Shown here one piece after another: positions 47,792 to 56,170 of a stretch of 64,000 nt of DNA. Position numbers and translations under genes: made by a program. The first letter of the stretch is position 1. Each line of letters opens with the position of its first letter. Source of the stretch: an uncultured Lachnospiraceae bacterium. GTDB taxonomy: Bacteria; Bacillota; Clostridia; Lachnospirales; Lachnospiraceae. Location of the stretch: the NCBI GenBank assembly GCA_946405625.1, contig CAMJHQ010000013.1, forward strand, positions 6,037 to 70,036, in the 5' to 3' direction. The notes under the pieces were generated by a model. That model did not search any database, was not told the origin of the DNA, and saw nothing but the letters and a program-made list of their open reading frames with translations.

Positions 47792-49548
47792 GATATCTTT
47801 TCCATTTCTTCTAATGCATATTTATAGAAATCCTTAGCATATCTGTACTGCTTGATTCCATAATCTCCGAACTCGATTCCGAGAGTTCCTTTGTATTCAG
47901 TCCAGTTAGACCAGAGGAATCCGCACATTGCTACATAGCAGTAGATTTTCGCTTTAATACTGTGATCCGGAGTCTTTCCGAAATACAGTTTCATCAGATT
48001 ATCTATCTGTGACTTATCATAATAGCTGTAGATAGAAAACATCGCTATATCCACATGAGGATCCTGCATTCCTGCATATTCCCAATCCGTCAGCTGAAGA
48101 CTTTCCTGCTTGTCACCCTCCTGCTTATAAAAAAGGAAGTTATCCGGAACCGCATCAATATGTGTCAGGCACCAGTCCTTCGGCTGCTCGTCAACGAACT
48201 TTCTGAGGCTCAGGATATTTGCTTTAACCTTATCATAATCCTTGAAGTCCGATCCCTTTTCGCCCATCAGGCTTTCATAAAAGTCTATCTTTTCGAATAT
48301 ATCAAATGTATGGCTTACCTTCAGTTTCAGATCATGGAAGGCTTTAAGCTTCTTCATACATTTCTTAAGATCATCCTGATCTTCAGGATCGCAGGTTCTG
48401 ACACCTTCAAGGAATTTAGTTATCTTATAGCCCTTATCCGGCTTTATGTAAACCGGATCATCACATATCCCACGACCTGAAAGTATCTCGAAAACTTCGG
48501 CCTCTTCATCTCTGTTGATCAGGTTCTCCGTTCCCTCGCCTGGGATTCTCATGATATACTTCTCACCTTTAACAGTGAAAAGAAATGATCGATTGGTCAT
48601 TCCCTTTTTCAGAACTGTTATATCTTTTATATCTCTGTTATCACATTTGAGAGCATCCGAAATCGCATCAATCGCATCTGATTTCAGATGTTCGGATTCA
48701 TAATCCAGTTCTCTGAGCTGTTCATATGTATTTATCTCAACCGCATCCTCGCCCGGTACTACCTTGGCCTGAACGATCATCTTTCCGTTATCGAGAAGAG
48801 TCTCTTCCCAGAAGCAGTCATCATATCTTCTGTCCTTGCAGAATTCTTCCAGCTTCCTGCAGACAGTCACTGCTTCCTCACCCGCAAGATAGGAAATACC
48901 TATCATTGCATTTCCGCCTGAAATCTCAGATACAAGTTCATTTTTTCTGTTCACGCGGACATCGCTCTCTTCGCTCTGCCTGTCGCTTACCATATACCAT
49001 GAGTAAAGTTCTGTCTTACTGAACGGATTGGATGCACACCATATGTCACATGGAATTATATATGTATTGGAAATATATTTTGAAACGAGCTTAAGTGTAT
49101 GAATATTGTTCTTTATCGCATAATCCGGATTTATAATAAGATCAACTCCGTAATCATCAATAAGATATTCATATCGCTCCTTCATGAAACCGGCTACTAC
49201 CTTGATGTCTTTAACTCCGGCTTCATGCAGCTGTTTTATGATTCTTTCAATCAGCAGTTCTCCCTTTACCTCGATAAGTCCCTTCGGAATAAGGGTATTA
49301 ATCGGAACCATTCTCATTCCGAATCCTGCTGCAAGTATTATCGCATTCTTGGGTGCCTTTGCCTTTTGTTCTTTCTTGGCAAGGGCTGTAAGCTTCATAT
49401 CTTCCGAAAGGTATCCCTGTTCAATAAGGGTTTTCAGAGATTTATTCACAGCTCCCAGTGAAAAACCTGTTTCCTCGGCCAGTGCCCTCTGATTGGTATA
49501 CTTATTATCAATCATGTATTTCAGAATATCGAGTGTTTGTTTGTTCAT
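47788..49548 (-). CDS. Three-domain protein: winged-HTH + LicC-type nucleotidyltransferase + LicA-type choline kinase
   Basis: N-terminal LDILKYMIDNKYTNQRALAEETGFSLGAVNKSLKTLIEQGYL (wHTH). Then AIILAAGFGMRMVPINTLIPKGLIEVKG (NTP transferase). Then KGMTNRSFLF, LTHIDAVPDNFLF and LTDWEYAGMQDPHVDIA (choline kinase/APH motifs). ATG 49548 is preferred because AGAGGG lies 8 nt upstream. Confidence 0.85.
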   Translation of the reverse strand: MNKQTLDILKYMIDNKYTNQRALAEETGFSLGAVNKSLKTLIEQGYLSEDMKLTALAKKEQKAKAPKNAIILAAGFGMRMVPINTLIPKGLIEVKGELLIERIIKQLHEAGVKDIKVVAGFMKERYEYLIDDYGVDLIINPDYAIKNNIHTLKLVSKYISNTYIIPCDIWCASNPFSKTELYSWYMVSDRQSEESDVRVNRKNELVSEISGGNAMIGISYLAGEEAVTVCRKLEEFCKDRRYDDCFWEETLLDNGKMIVQAKVVPGEDAVEINTYEQLRELDYESEHLKSDAIDAISDALKCDNRDIKDITVLKKGMTNRSFLFTVKGEKYIMRIPGEGTENLINRDEEAEVFEILSGRGICDDPVYIKPDKGYKITKFLEGVRTCDPEDQDDLKKCMKKLKAFHDLKLKVSHTFDIFEKIDFYESLMGEKGSDFKDYDKVKANILSLRKFVDEQPKDWCLTHIDAVPDNFLFYKQEGDKQESLQLTDWEYAGMQDPHVDIAMFSIYSYYDKSQIDNLMKLYFGKTPDHSIKAKIYCYVAMCGFLWSNWTEYKGTLGIEFGDYGIKQYRYAKDFYKYALEEMEKIS

Positions 49549-49587
49549 GAACATTTCCCTCTCTATATTTTATGAACACCGTTATGG

Positions 49588-49616
49588 ATTATAGCATTGA
49601 TACAGCAGATTGTCTA
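49588..49616 (-). promoter_or_regulatory. Candidate sigma-A promoter of the lic operon
   Basis: On the minus strand, TAGACA, a 17-nt spacer, then TATAAT, about 35 nt upstream of the start codon. Confidence 0.45.
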
Positions 49617-49644
49617 CTGTTTTCTATTGCTTTTTTTGCGCACT

Positions 49645-49686
49645 GCATTGTAATACTTTTTGGCTCCACGCATTGTAATACTTTTT
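49645..49686 (-). promoter_or_regulatory. Two 17-bp direct repeats upstream of the lic promoter (candidate operator or UP-like element)
   Basis: gcattgtaatacttttt occurs at 49645-49661 and 49670-49686 (period 25 bp), between the upstream terminator and the -35 element. Confidence 0.3.
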
Positions 49687-49699
49687 TTGCGAACACAGT

Positions 49700-49729
49700 A
49701 AAAGGACCCGGCAGTTTCCTGCCGGGTCC
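49700..49729 (-). terminator. Terminator after the M23 choline-binding protein gene (shared hairpin family)
   Basis: ggacccggcag tttc ctgccgggtcc forms an 11-bp stem, with a short U-run (CUUUUAC) on the minus strand. Confidence 0.6.
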
Positions 49730-49806
49730 AACATATTGATTATTTATTTAACCTAAGGAGATTTATTAATATTTTTTATAATCTGTTTCAGATCAATCCA
49801 TCGGAA

Positions 49807-51771
49807 TTAATTGAAAAACTGAGTCGGATCTACATACTCTCCTGAAATACTGATTTCAAAATGAAGGCATGGTCCGGTTACTGCTCCGGTATTTCCCGAT
49901 AAAGCAATTTCCTGTCCTGCAGTCACTTTATCACCAACCTTACATTTACATTCCGAAAGATGCTTAAATGTAATGATTATATCATTTCCCGCGTCAATCT
50001 TTATCGTTTTTCCGTCCTTTACGGAATCGTCTACAGAAACAATCGTTCCTGCTGCCGGTGCCTTTACCGACGAACCGACTTCACATGCTATATCTACACC
50101 ATTATGTGCCTGTTCCATCTCTGTTACCGGATTATACTGAGGTTCGCTTGAAAAAGATCTTGTTATTACCGAGCTATAAACCGGCCATGTAAGACTTCCC
50201 GTCAAATCCGAAGCATCTTTCTTTTTGTTTTCCGAAGTATCAGCCTCAGACAGATAAACAATCGGCTTATCGTTCAAAACTTTAACGTTATATTTTGAAC
50301 GTAATACCCCCCTCTCATCCTTATAAACTTCTATTTCTTTTGTTATATGAAAACAATACTCCTCACCATCTATTTCTTTATAACCCACTACAAGTCTTCC
50401 GGAAGGATTAGCATAAGCATATACTTTTTTATCAATTCCGTTTTTATCAATTCCGTTTCCTTTAATCCATCCGGTCTGCATGGCTCCGGAATCACTGAAA
50501 GAATAGTATTCGCCTTTTATAGAAGCAACCCTTCCCTTTATCATCTTAAATCCATCTATCCTCTGAATACTACCGGCACCGGCATAAACCGGAACCGCAC
50601 TGGGTTCTCCAAAATAATAGTATTTATCATCTATTAATTTCCATCCTTGATCAAGCTCTCCGTCGCTTTCAGCATGATACCAATCTCCGTTGCCATCCTT
50701 ACCCCAGCCTGTCATCATAGCTCCATTTAAAGTGAAATAACAGGCTTTATAACTATTTTCTATTGGCATATAGATAAACTCCTTATCAGCCAGCATATTA
50801 TAGCCTTCTATTTCAAAAGAATAATCATCATGATCTCCAAAGTGATACCATTTTCCATCCACATTCATCCAGCCCTGTGCTAATCTTCCCGATGGAAGAG
50901 CATAACAATACTCACCGGTTTCGTTATTCTTTATCCAGCCGGTCCGCATATTTCCGTTAGAATCAAAGACATATCTGTTTCCATTGATATCAACGCTTTC
51001 GCCGCGATAATACTGATCTTCGCCATCTCCGAAATAATATTTCCATTTATCGCCGTCTTTTACCCATCCGTTGGCCTTTGCTGCTTTACTTTCGTCATTG
51101 GTTACTACAGCAGTTACTTCCTCTTTTGTTATATCGGCATTTTTCTTTTCAGCTTCTTTCGGTCCGGCCGCTTCCTTATCCTTATTCTCTACAATCTTTT
51201 TATCTTCCTTATCTGCGTTCTCTTCAGTTCTTTCGTCTTCCTTACCAGCGTTCTCTGCAGCCTTTTCATCTTCCTTATCTATGTTCTCGTCGGTCTTTTC
51301 GCCTGTCTTATCCGCGTTCTCTTCAGTTCTTTCGTCTTCCTTATCTATGTTCTCGTCGGTCTTTTCGCCTGTCTTATCCGCGTTCTCTCCGGTCTCTTCA
51401 TCTTCCTTATCTGTATTCTCGTATGCCTTCACCGATATATCTATGATATTTTCCTGTTTCTTCGCATCTGTTGAGAACACTGTAATCTTTCTCTCTTCTG
51501 CAGTTTCTACCACTTCTGTCGTCTTGTTCACTTCAGATTCTAATGTCTTGTTCACTTCAGAATCAGCTGTATCAACAACCGAATCCTCATTATCTTTTTC
51601 AGATTCATCCGCCAAATCTTCTGAATTATCATCTTCGCTGCTTACCGAAACCGTTGTTTCTCCCTGCTTGATCAATTCATCCGCATGAACTTCTTTACCG
51701 GCCGGTGCAGCGACTGAAATAAAAGCTGCTGTTGCAGCTGCTGCAAGCCACGGACTTATCTTTTTTCTCAT
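49807..51771 (-). CDS. Secreted cell-wall (choline)-binding repeat protein with a C-terminal M23 peptidase domain
   Basis: Signal peptide MRKKISPWLAAAATAAFISVAAPAGKEVHA. Acidic tandem-repeat spacer. CW_binding_1-type repeats (GWVKDGDKWKYYF, TGWIKNNETGEYCY, QGWMNVDGKWYHF). M23 motifs HNGVDIA and GNTGAVTGPCLHFEI. Confidence 0.88.
   Translation of the reverse strand: MRKKISPWLAAAATAAFISVAAPAGKEVHADELIKQGETTVSVSSEDDNSEDLADESEKDNEDSVVDTADSEVNKTLESEVNKTTEVVETAEERKITVFSTDAKKQENIIDISVKAYENTDKEDEETGENADKTGEKTDENIDKEDERTEENADKTGEKTDENIDKEDEKAAENAGKEDERTEENADKEDKKIVENKDKEAAGPKEAEKKNADITKEEVTAVVTNDESKAAKANGWVKDGDKWKYYFGDGEDQYYRGESVDINGNRYVFDSNGNMRTGWIKNNETGEYCYALPSGRLAQGWMNVDGKWYHFGDHDDYSFEIEGYNMLADKEFIYMPIENSYKACYFTLNGAMMTGWGKDGNGDWYHAESDGELDQGWKLIDDKYYYFGEPSAVPVYAGAGSIQRIDGFKMIKGRVASIKGEYYSFSDSGAMQTGWIKGNGIDKNGIDKKVYAYANPSGRLVVGYKEIDGEEYCFHITKEIEVYKDERGVLRSKYNVKVLNDKPIVYLSEADTSENKKKDASDLTGSLTWPVYSSVITRSFSSEPQYNPVTEMEQAHNGVDIACEVGSSVKAPAAGTIVSVDDSVKDGKTIKIDAGNDIIITFKHLSECKCKVGDKVTAGQEIALSGNTGAVTGPCLHFEISISGEYVDPTQFFN
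51205..51420. repeat. 33-bp (11-codon) in-frame tandem repeats encoding the acidic spacer
   Basis: ttccttatct...ttcgtc units. Two 66-bp blocks (51271-51336 and 51337-51402) are nearly identical. They encode DKEDE(R/K)TEENADKTGEKTDENI. Confidence 0.85.
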
Positions 51772-51809
51772 TGTTCAGATACCTCCTTACTTTTAATCTT
51801 TAATCATTT

Positions 51810-51881
51810 TGTAATATCTTTGTAACATTCCCGCGGTATAGTGTAACTTTTTAATTACATTTCTGTTACATTTTTGTTACA
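51810..51881. promoter_or_regulatory. Cluster of six TGTWAH hexamers with 11-bp phasing (WalR/OmpR-type box candidates)
   Basis: Minus strand: TGTAAC-aaaaa-TGTAAC-agaaa-TGTAAT (51881 down to 51854). Plus strand: TGTAAT-atctt-TGTAAC (51810-51826) and TGTAAC (51842-51847). All lie between the candidate -10 element and the M23 gene start. Confidence 0.45.
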
Positions 51882-51886
51882 TTTTG

Positions 51887-51915
51887 ATTATAGTCCTCGT
51901 TAATCCCAAATACAA
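51887..51915 (-). promoter_or_regulatory. Candidate sigma-A promoter of the M23 choline-binding protein gene
   Basis: On the minus strand, TTGTAT, a 17-nt spacer (ttgggattaacgaggac), then TATAAT. Confidence 0.5.
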
Positions 51916-52087
51916 TTTAAGAATTTATTAAATTCACAAAACTCTTTTTTTCCAAGATTTCGGCAAATCCAAAAAGGGCCCGGTAGTGTCTTTTTACTAA
52001 TTATTTTTCTTATTTGTCTTTATTGTTAGTAACGCCCTAAATGCAGCCAAGTTTTACTGAAGATGTAATCATATCGTAATCCTTACA

Positions 52088-52128
52088 ACAAAAAAGGTTC
52101 GGCACGCATCATACGTACCGAACCTTTT
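52088..52128 (-). terminator. Terminator after the 1213-aa choline-binding protein gene
   Basis: aaaaggttcggcacg / cgtaccgaacctttt forms a 15-bp stem with one wobble or mismatch and loop catcata. The run acaaaaaagg gives the U-run on the minus strand. Confidence 0.7.
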
Positions 52129-52200
52129 AAACCTGTTAAGTTCGACTATATCTTACCCATTTCTGTAAGCCTGATTTTAGCTCACTTGATTCTTTACGGT

Positions 52201-55200
52201 TTAGTTTTTGCTTATAAGTTTTCCGTTAGAATCAAATACAAACTTATCCGAATACATGTAAGTTGTTCCTGTTGTAACACGTCCTGCAGTAATATAATAT
52301 GTATCACCGTCGATCACATGCCAGCCTGCAAGCAAGCCATATCCATCCTCTGCGACATAGTATATTGATTCGTAACCAAAGAATTCATCCTTTCTTTTAT
52401 AGAATCCCGGAGTTCTGCGTGCCGAATAATCATTATTTGTTAAATTAACGTTTCCGGCATAATCAGCGAATTCACTCTGTAACCTGCCGTTTGATATATA
52501 ATATGTTATACCGTTTTGAGTCAGATATCCCTCATATGCTGTTCCATCCGGATTTGAATAAAACCAGCCGCCCCAATAGTTTGATTTATACCATCCGCCG
52601 GTAAGCATCTTTCCGTCATCTGCAAAAACATAATTTTTATTGGCTTCAGGTACATACTGTACTCCGATAAGCATCTTACCATCGTCAAAATAATACTTAT
52701 CTTTTCCTATCGTAATAAACTTATCTGATAATGCAGATTTTCCTTCACTTTCTAGATAGTACCAGTTGCCGCCGTATCCTTCATAGATATCTTCCACATA
52801 TTGCCATCCCTTCGGCAGTTCAGTTATTCTGCCATTCTTATCAGCCCCGTAAAATGTACCAGCATCTATGAACTTCTTATCCGTTATCAACACTCCGTCA
52901 TCCCTGAAATAATAATCTGCTTTGTCTATTGTATATAGACCTGAACTGTAAACATCTCCATCCTTAAGATAGTACCATTTATTGTCAATCTTCTTCCATC
53001 CGTTTACGGTAATCTCTTTTCCGTCTTCTCCAAAGAGTCCTTCACGATAGTATTTCTTTTCTTCGTCATAAATCATTCCACCATATCCCTTAACCATAAT
53101 GCCTTCTTCATCAAATGCATAGTAAGCACCATTTATTTTCATAATAGCATCATAGTTTACGGAATAATCAGAATTAAGATAATACCATGCAAGTTCATTT
53201 ATTATATTGTCTGACTCATCAGCGAGATATCGGTGTATTCCGCTTACCCATCCGGATTTCTTAACAACCTTGCCACTATTATCTACCAGGAAATAGTCAT
53301 TTCCCTCAGAAAGATATACTACCGAATTCTTAACTAATACTCCATATGAATCGATTACATAGATATCCCCTGCGGAATTCTTCATGGGCACAGTTCTTAC
53401 GGTACCATCTTTGTTAACAAAACATTCCACATCATACAAATACCAATTTTCATGGGAATAAGTTTTTTCCCATCCGGCCTTACCGGTTACAAGAGCCCCA
53501 TCTTCGCCGAATAAGTAAACCGATGATCCAACCCTAAACAAATCCGTCGCCATCGTTCCGTTCATATCGAAGTAATATTTTTTTCCTCCGATGGTCTTCC
53601 AACCCTTAACCAGTTCTCCGGTCTTTTCACCGTAATGCCACACGGAATCATATTCGCGGATCCAGCCTTTCTTCATATCACCTCTCTCGCCAAAGTAATA
53701 CTGTTTTCCGTCTATTATATGATTGCCTCTACATAAGAGACCGTTTGAATCAGTATAATACCAGTTGCCATTTACTTGTTTCCATCCTTCGGTTATCACA
53801 CCGCTTGAACTTGCATAAAATGGCATATTACCATACATATTTGCAATATCATAAAAACCGGTCTGAAGAACTCCGGACTGATCCAAATAATACTTATTTC
53901 CATCCTTGGTTAAATACTCGTATCTTCTTAAACCGAATCCTTCTATCGTCTCTTTTCCCCCGATATTATTTACATACCCGAAGAAATACCACTTTCCGTT
54001 AATCTTAGTCCATCCCTGAGCCAGATTTCCGTTTTGAGTCGCATAAAACCAATTACTATAAATATGGTTTCCTTCAGAATCAAAGTACTTGAATTCAATC
54101 CATCCGTTCTGCTTTAATACGCCCGATTCATTAAAGTAGTAAGAATACTTACCGATTTCATTTACATTTTTGATCATACAAAATCCGTTTACCGTGTAAG
54201 TACCATCAGACTCATTATTCGGATATCCGAAGAAATAATACTTATCATCAATCTTTGTCCATCCGGACTGAAGAACACCCTTCGAATTCGAATAATACCA
54301 GTCTATATTCTCTTTCCCATCCGAATCTTTGTATATATCTTTAATCCATCCTATCTGCAGAGCTCCGGATTTATCAAACCAATATGGTTCATCCTTGATA
54401 AAATAAACGCCATCTCTAAGCATGTCTATTCCGTAAATCGTCCATTCTCCATCAGAGTTTTTATAGGAATCTCCGAAATAATACCATTTACCTTCTATTT
54501 CCGCCCATCCCTGTACAATAACACCGCTGACATTCGAATAATAATATATAGACTGATCACCGCAAACATCTATCCATCCCTTTTTAAGAGCTCCGGATTC
54601 GCCAAAATAATATGTTTTCCCATACAGATTAGCAAAAAACGTCTGCATATAATATCCGTCCGGAATATACTTATTATCTGCCGTCAGAATCGTATCGCCA
54701 AAATGATAATCATTATTATCGATGACCTGCCATCCTTTAGCGAGCTTTCCATCAGGTTTTGCATAAAAAACGTTACCCCATTGTTTTATCCAGCCAACTT
54801 TCATAACTCCGTTGTCTGCAAACAGGTAGGAATCATCATAAATATTATATATTCCGTTTATATTCATGTAATATCCATCAAGAATACTCTTTCCATCGGA
54901 ACCTTTATAAGTATATCCAAAGAAAAAGGAAACTCCGTTCTGAGTAAGCCATCCCTGTGCAAGATGACCGCTTTTATCAGCGAAATACCAATATCCTCCG
55001 TCTTCGATCCAGCCGGTCTGCATATATCCCTCGGAATCAAATCTATATCCCACTCCATCTATTACTATTATTCCGTTCTTGTAATATTGATCTGAAGACG
55101 CAGCATAGTAATATCTCCACTTGTCTCCTTCCTTATTCCAGCCCACAGTGACAGGCGCCATTACATCTTCATCATTGGTTATTACGGGTTTTATCTCTTC

Positions 55201-55842
55201 ATCTTTCTTTACAGCATCCGTATCGCTGCTTAATTCGGACAGAGTATCATTTTTTAAAGCATCTTTGTTGATAACATCAACCTTCCCTGCTTCTTCCTTC
55301 TCATCTCCGATGATTTCTTTTGAATCCGCCTCTTCTGCCTGAATTTTCTCATCATCGATGATTTCATCTGATGAAACCTCTTCCGACACTTCCTCTGAAT
55401 CAGTCACTTCTTCTATCTCATCAGATAATTCCTCTGAAGATGCCTCTTCTGTTTCTTCCAACAATTCTTCCGAATTCAACTCATCTGAGGTTTCTCCTGA
55501 CATTTCCTCCGAAGACAGTTCCTCCGAAGCCGCCTCTTCTGCAGTTTCTTCCGACAGTTCTTCCGAAACCACCTCTTCTGCAGTTTCTTCCGACAGTTCT
55601 TCCGAAGCTGCCTCTTCTGCAGTTTCTTCCGACAGCTCCTCTGAATCCGCCTCTTCTGTCAGTTCCTCCGAATCCACATCCGACTCATCTTCTCCGGATT
55701 CATAAAGCCCCTGCTCTTCTGACTGAGTGATTTCTACCGATGTACTGAGTTCATCTGCATGAACAGTCTTACCTCCGGCCGCTCCGGTCGAAATAAGTAC
55801 TGCCGCAAGTGCAATCAGCCCCCGGCTCATCTTCTTCCTCAT
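52201..55842 (-). CDS. Giant secreted cell-wall (choline)-binding repeat protein with no recognisable catalytic domain
   Basis: ATG 55842 has GGAAGGAGG upstream. Signal peptide MRKKMSRGLIALAAVLISTGAAGGKTVHA. Acidic SEELSEETAEEAA repeats, then about 45 CW_binding_1-type repeats (GW..., Y(Y/F)F, GxMxxGW) running to the C-terminus. Confidence 0.88.
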   Translation of the reverse strand: MRKKMSRGLIALAAVLISTGAAGGKTVHADELSTSVEITQSEEQGLYESGEDESDVDSEELTEEADSEELSEETAEEAASEELSEETAEEVVSEELSEETAEEAASEELSSEEMSGETSDELNSEELLEETEEASSEELSDEIEEVTDSEEVSEEVSSDEIIDDEKIQAEEADSKEIIGDEKEEAGKVDVINKDALKNDTLSELSSDTDAVKKDEEIKPVITNDEDVMAPVTVGWNKEGDKWRYYYAASSDQYYKNGIIVIDGVGYRFDSEGYMQTGWIEDGGYWYFADKSGHLAQGWLTQNGVSFFFGYTYKGSDGKSILDGYYMNINGIYNIYDDSYLFADNGVMKVGWIKQWGNVFYAKPDGKLAKGWQVIDNNDYHFGDTILTADNKYIPDGYYMQTFFANLYGKTYYFGESGALKKGWIDVCGDQSIYYYSNVSGVIVQGWAEIEGKWYYFGDSYKNSDGEWTIYGIDMLRDGVYFIKDEPYWFDKSGALQIGWIKDIYKDSDGKENIDWYYSNSKGVLQSGWTKIDDKYYFFGYPNNESDGTYTVNGFCMIKNVNEIGKYSYYFNESGVLKQNGWIEFKYFDSEGNHIYSNWFYATQNGNLAQGWTKINGKWYFFGYVNNIGGKETIEGFGLRRYEYLTKDGNKYYLDQSGVLQTGFYDIANMYGNMPFYASSSGVITEGWKQVNGNWYYTDSNGLLCRGNHIIDGKQYYFGERGDMKKGWIREYDSVWHYGEKTGELVKGWKTIGGKKYYFDMNGTMATDLFRVGSSVYLFGEDGALVTGKAGWEKTYSHENWYLYDVECFVNKDGTVRTVPMKNSAGDIYVIDSYGVLVKNSVVYLSEGNDYFLVDNSGKVVKKSGWVSGIHRYLADESDNIINELAWYYLNSDYSVNYDAIMKINGAYYAFDEEGIMVKGYGGMIYDEEKKYYREGLFGEDGKEITVNGWKKIDNKWYYLKDGDVYSSGLYTIDKADYYFRDDGVLITDKKFIDAGTFYGADKNGRITELPKGWQYVEDIYEGYGGNWYYLESEGKSALSDKFITIGKDKYYFDDGKMLIGVQYVPEANKNYVFADDGKMLTGGWYKSNYWGGWFYSNPDGTAYEGYLTQNGITYYISNGRLQSEFADYAGNVNLTNNDYSARRTPGFYKRKDEFFGYESIYYVAEDGYGLLAGWHVIDGDTYYITAGRVTTGTTYMYSDKFVFDSNGKLISKN
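55506..55657. repeat. 39-bp in-frame tandem repeats encoding the acidic spacer
   Basis: The unit gcagtttcttccgacagttcttccgaa..cctcttct occurs at 55541, 55580 and 55619, with a degenerate copy before them. Confidence 0.85.
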
Positions 55843-55957
55843 TAAACCGTTACCTCCTTCCCTCTTTTCAACACATACTGTTAAACAGCATTTGGCCACA
55901 TTAAAATTTTAAACTCATTTACTACATTACACCCAAAATATTTTTTCGACATCATCC

Positions 55958-55986
55958 AATATATCGAAATATTCGTATATATACAA
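55958..55986 (-). promoter_or_regulatory. Candidate sigma-A promoter of the 52201-55842 gene
   Basis: On the minus strand, TTGTAT, a 17-nt spacer, then TATATT. Confidence 0.35.
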
Positions 55987-56124
55987 AATTGTTCAGCTAT
56001 CTATATCAAATAATTAACCCACGGCAATCAAATAAGTTATAGCCTAGATTTACTTTCTTATTTTCCGCAAGGCAATGAGTTATTTCATGTCTTAAAATGT
56101 ACTTCGCAGTTTTGGCGGAAGGCA

Positions 56125-56158
56125 GAAAAATAGCGAGACAGCCGAAACTGTCTCGCTA
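56125..56158 (-). terminator. Terminator after the LRR choline-binding protein gene
   Basis: tagcgagacag ccgaaa ctgtctcgcta forms an 11-bp perfect stem. The gaaaaa flank gives UUUUUC on the minus strand. Confidence 0.75.
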
Positions 56159-56170
56159 TATAAATCAATA

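Noticed and set aside
51071-51688. Plus-strand Ser/Phe-rich ORFs here, and similarly at 55358-55730, 58486-58755 and 62310-62888
   Set aside because: All lie antisense to the acidic tandem-repeat spacers of the choline-binding protein genes. GAA/GAT-rich repeats give stop-free TTC/ATC antisense frames. There are no SD sequences and the products are low-complexity.
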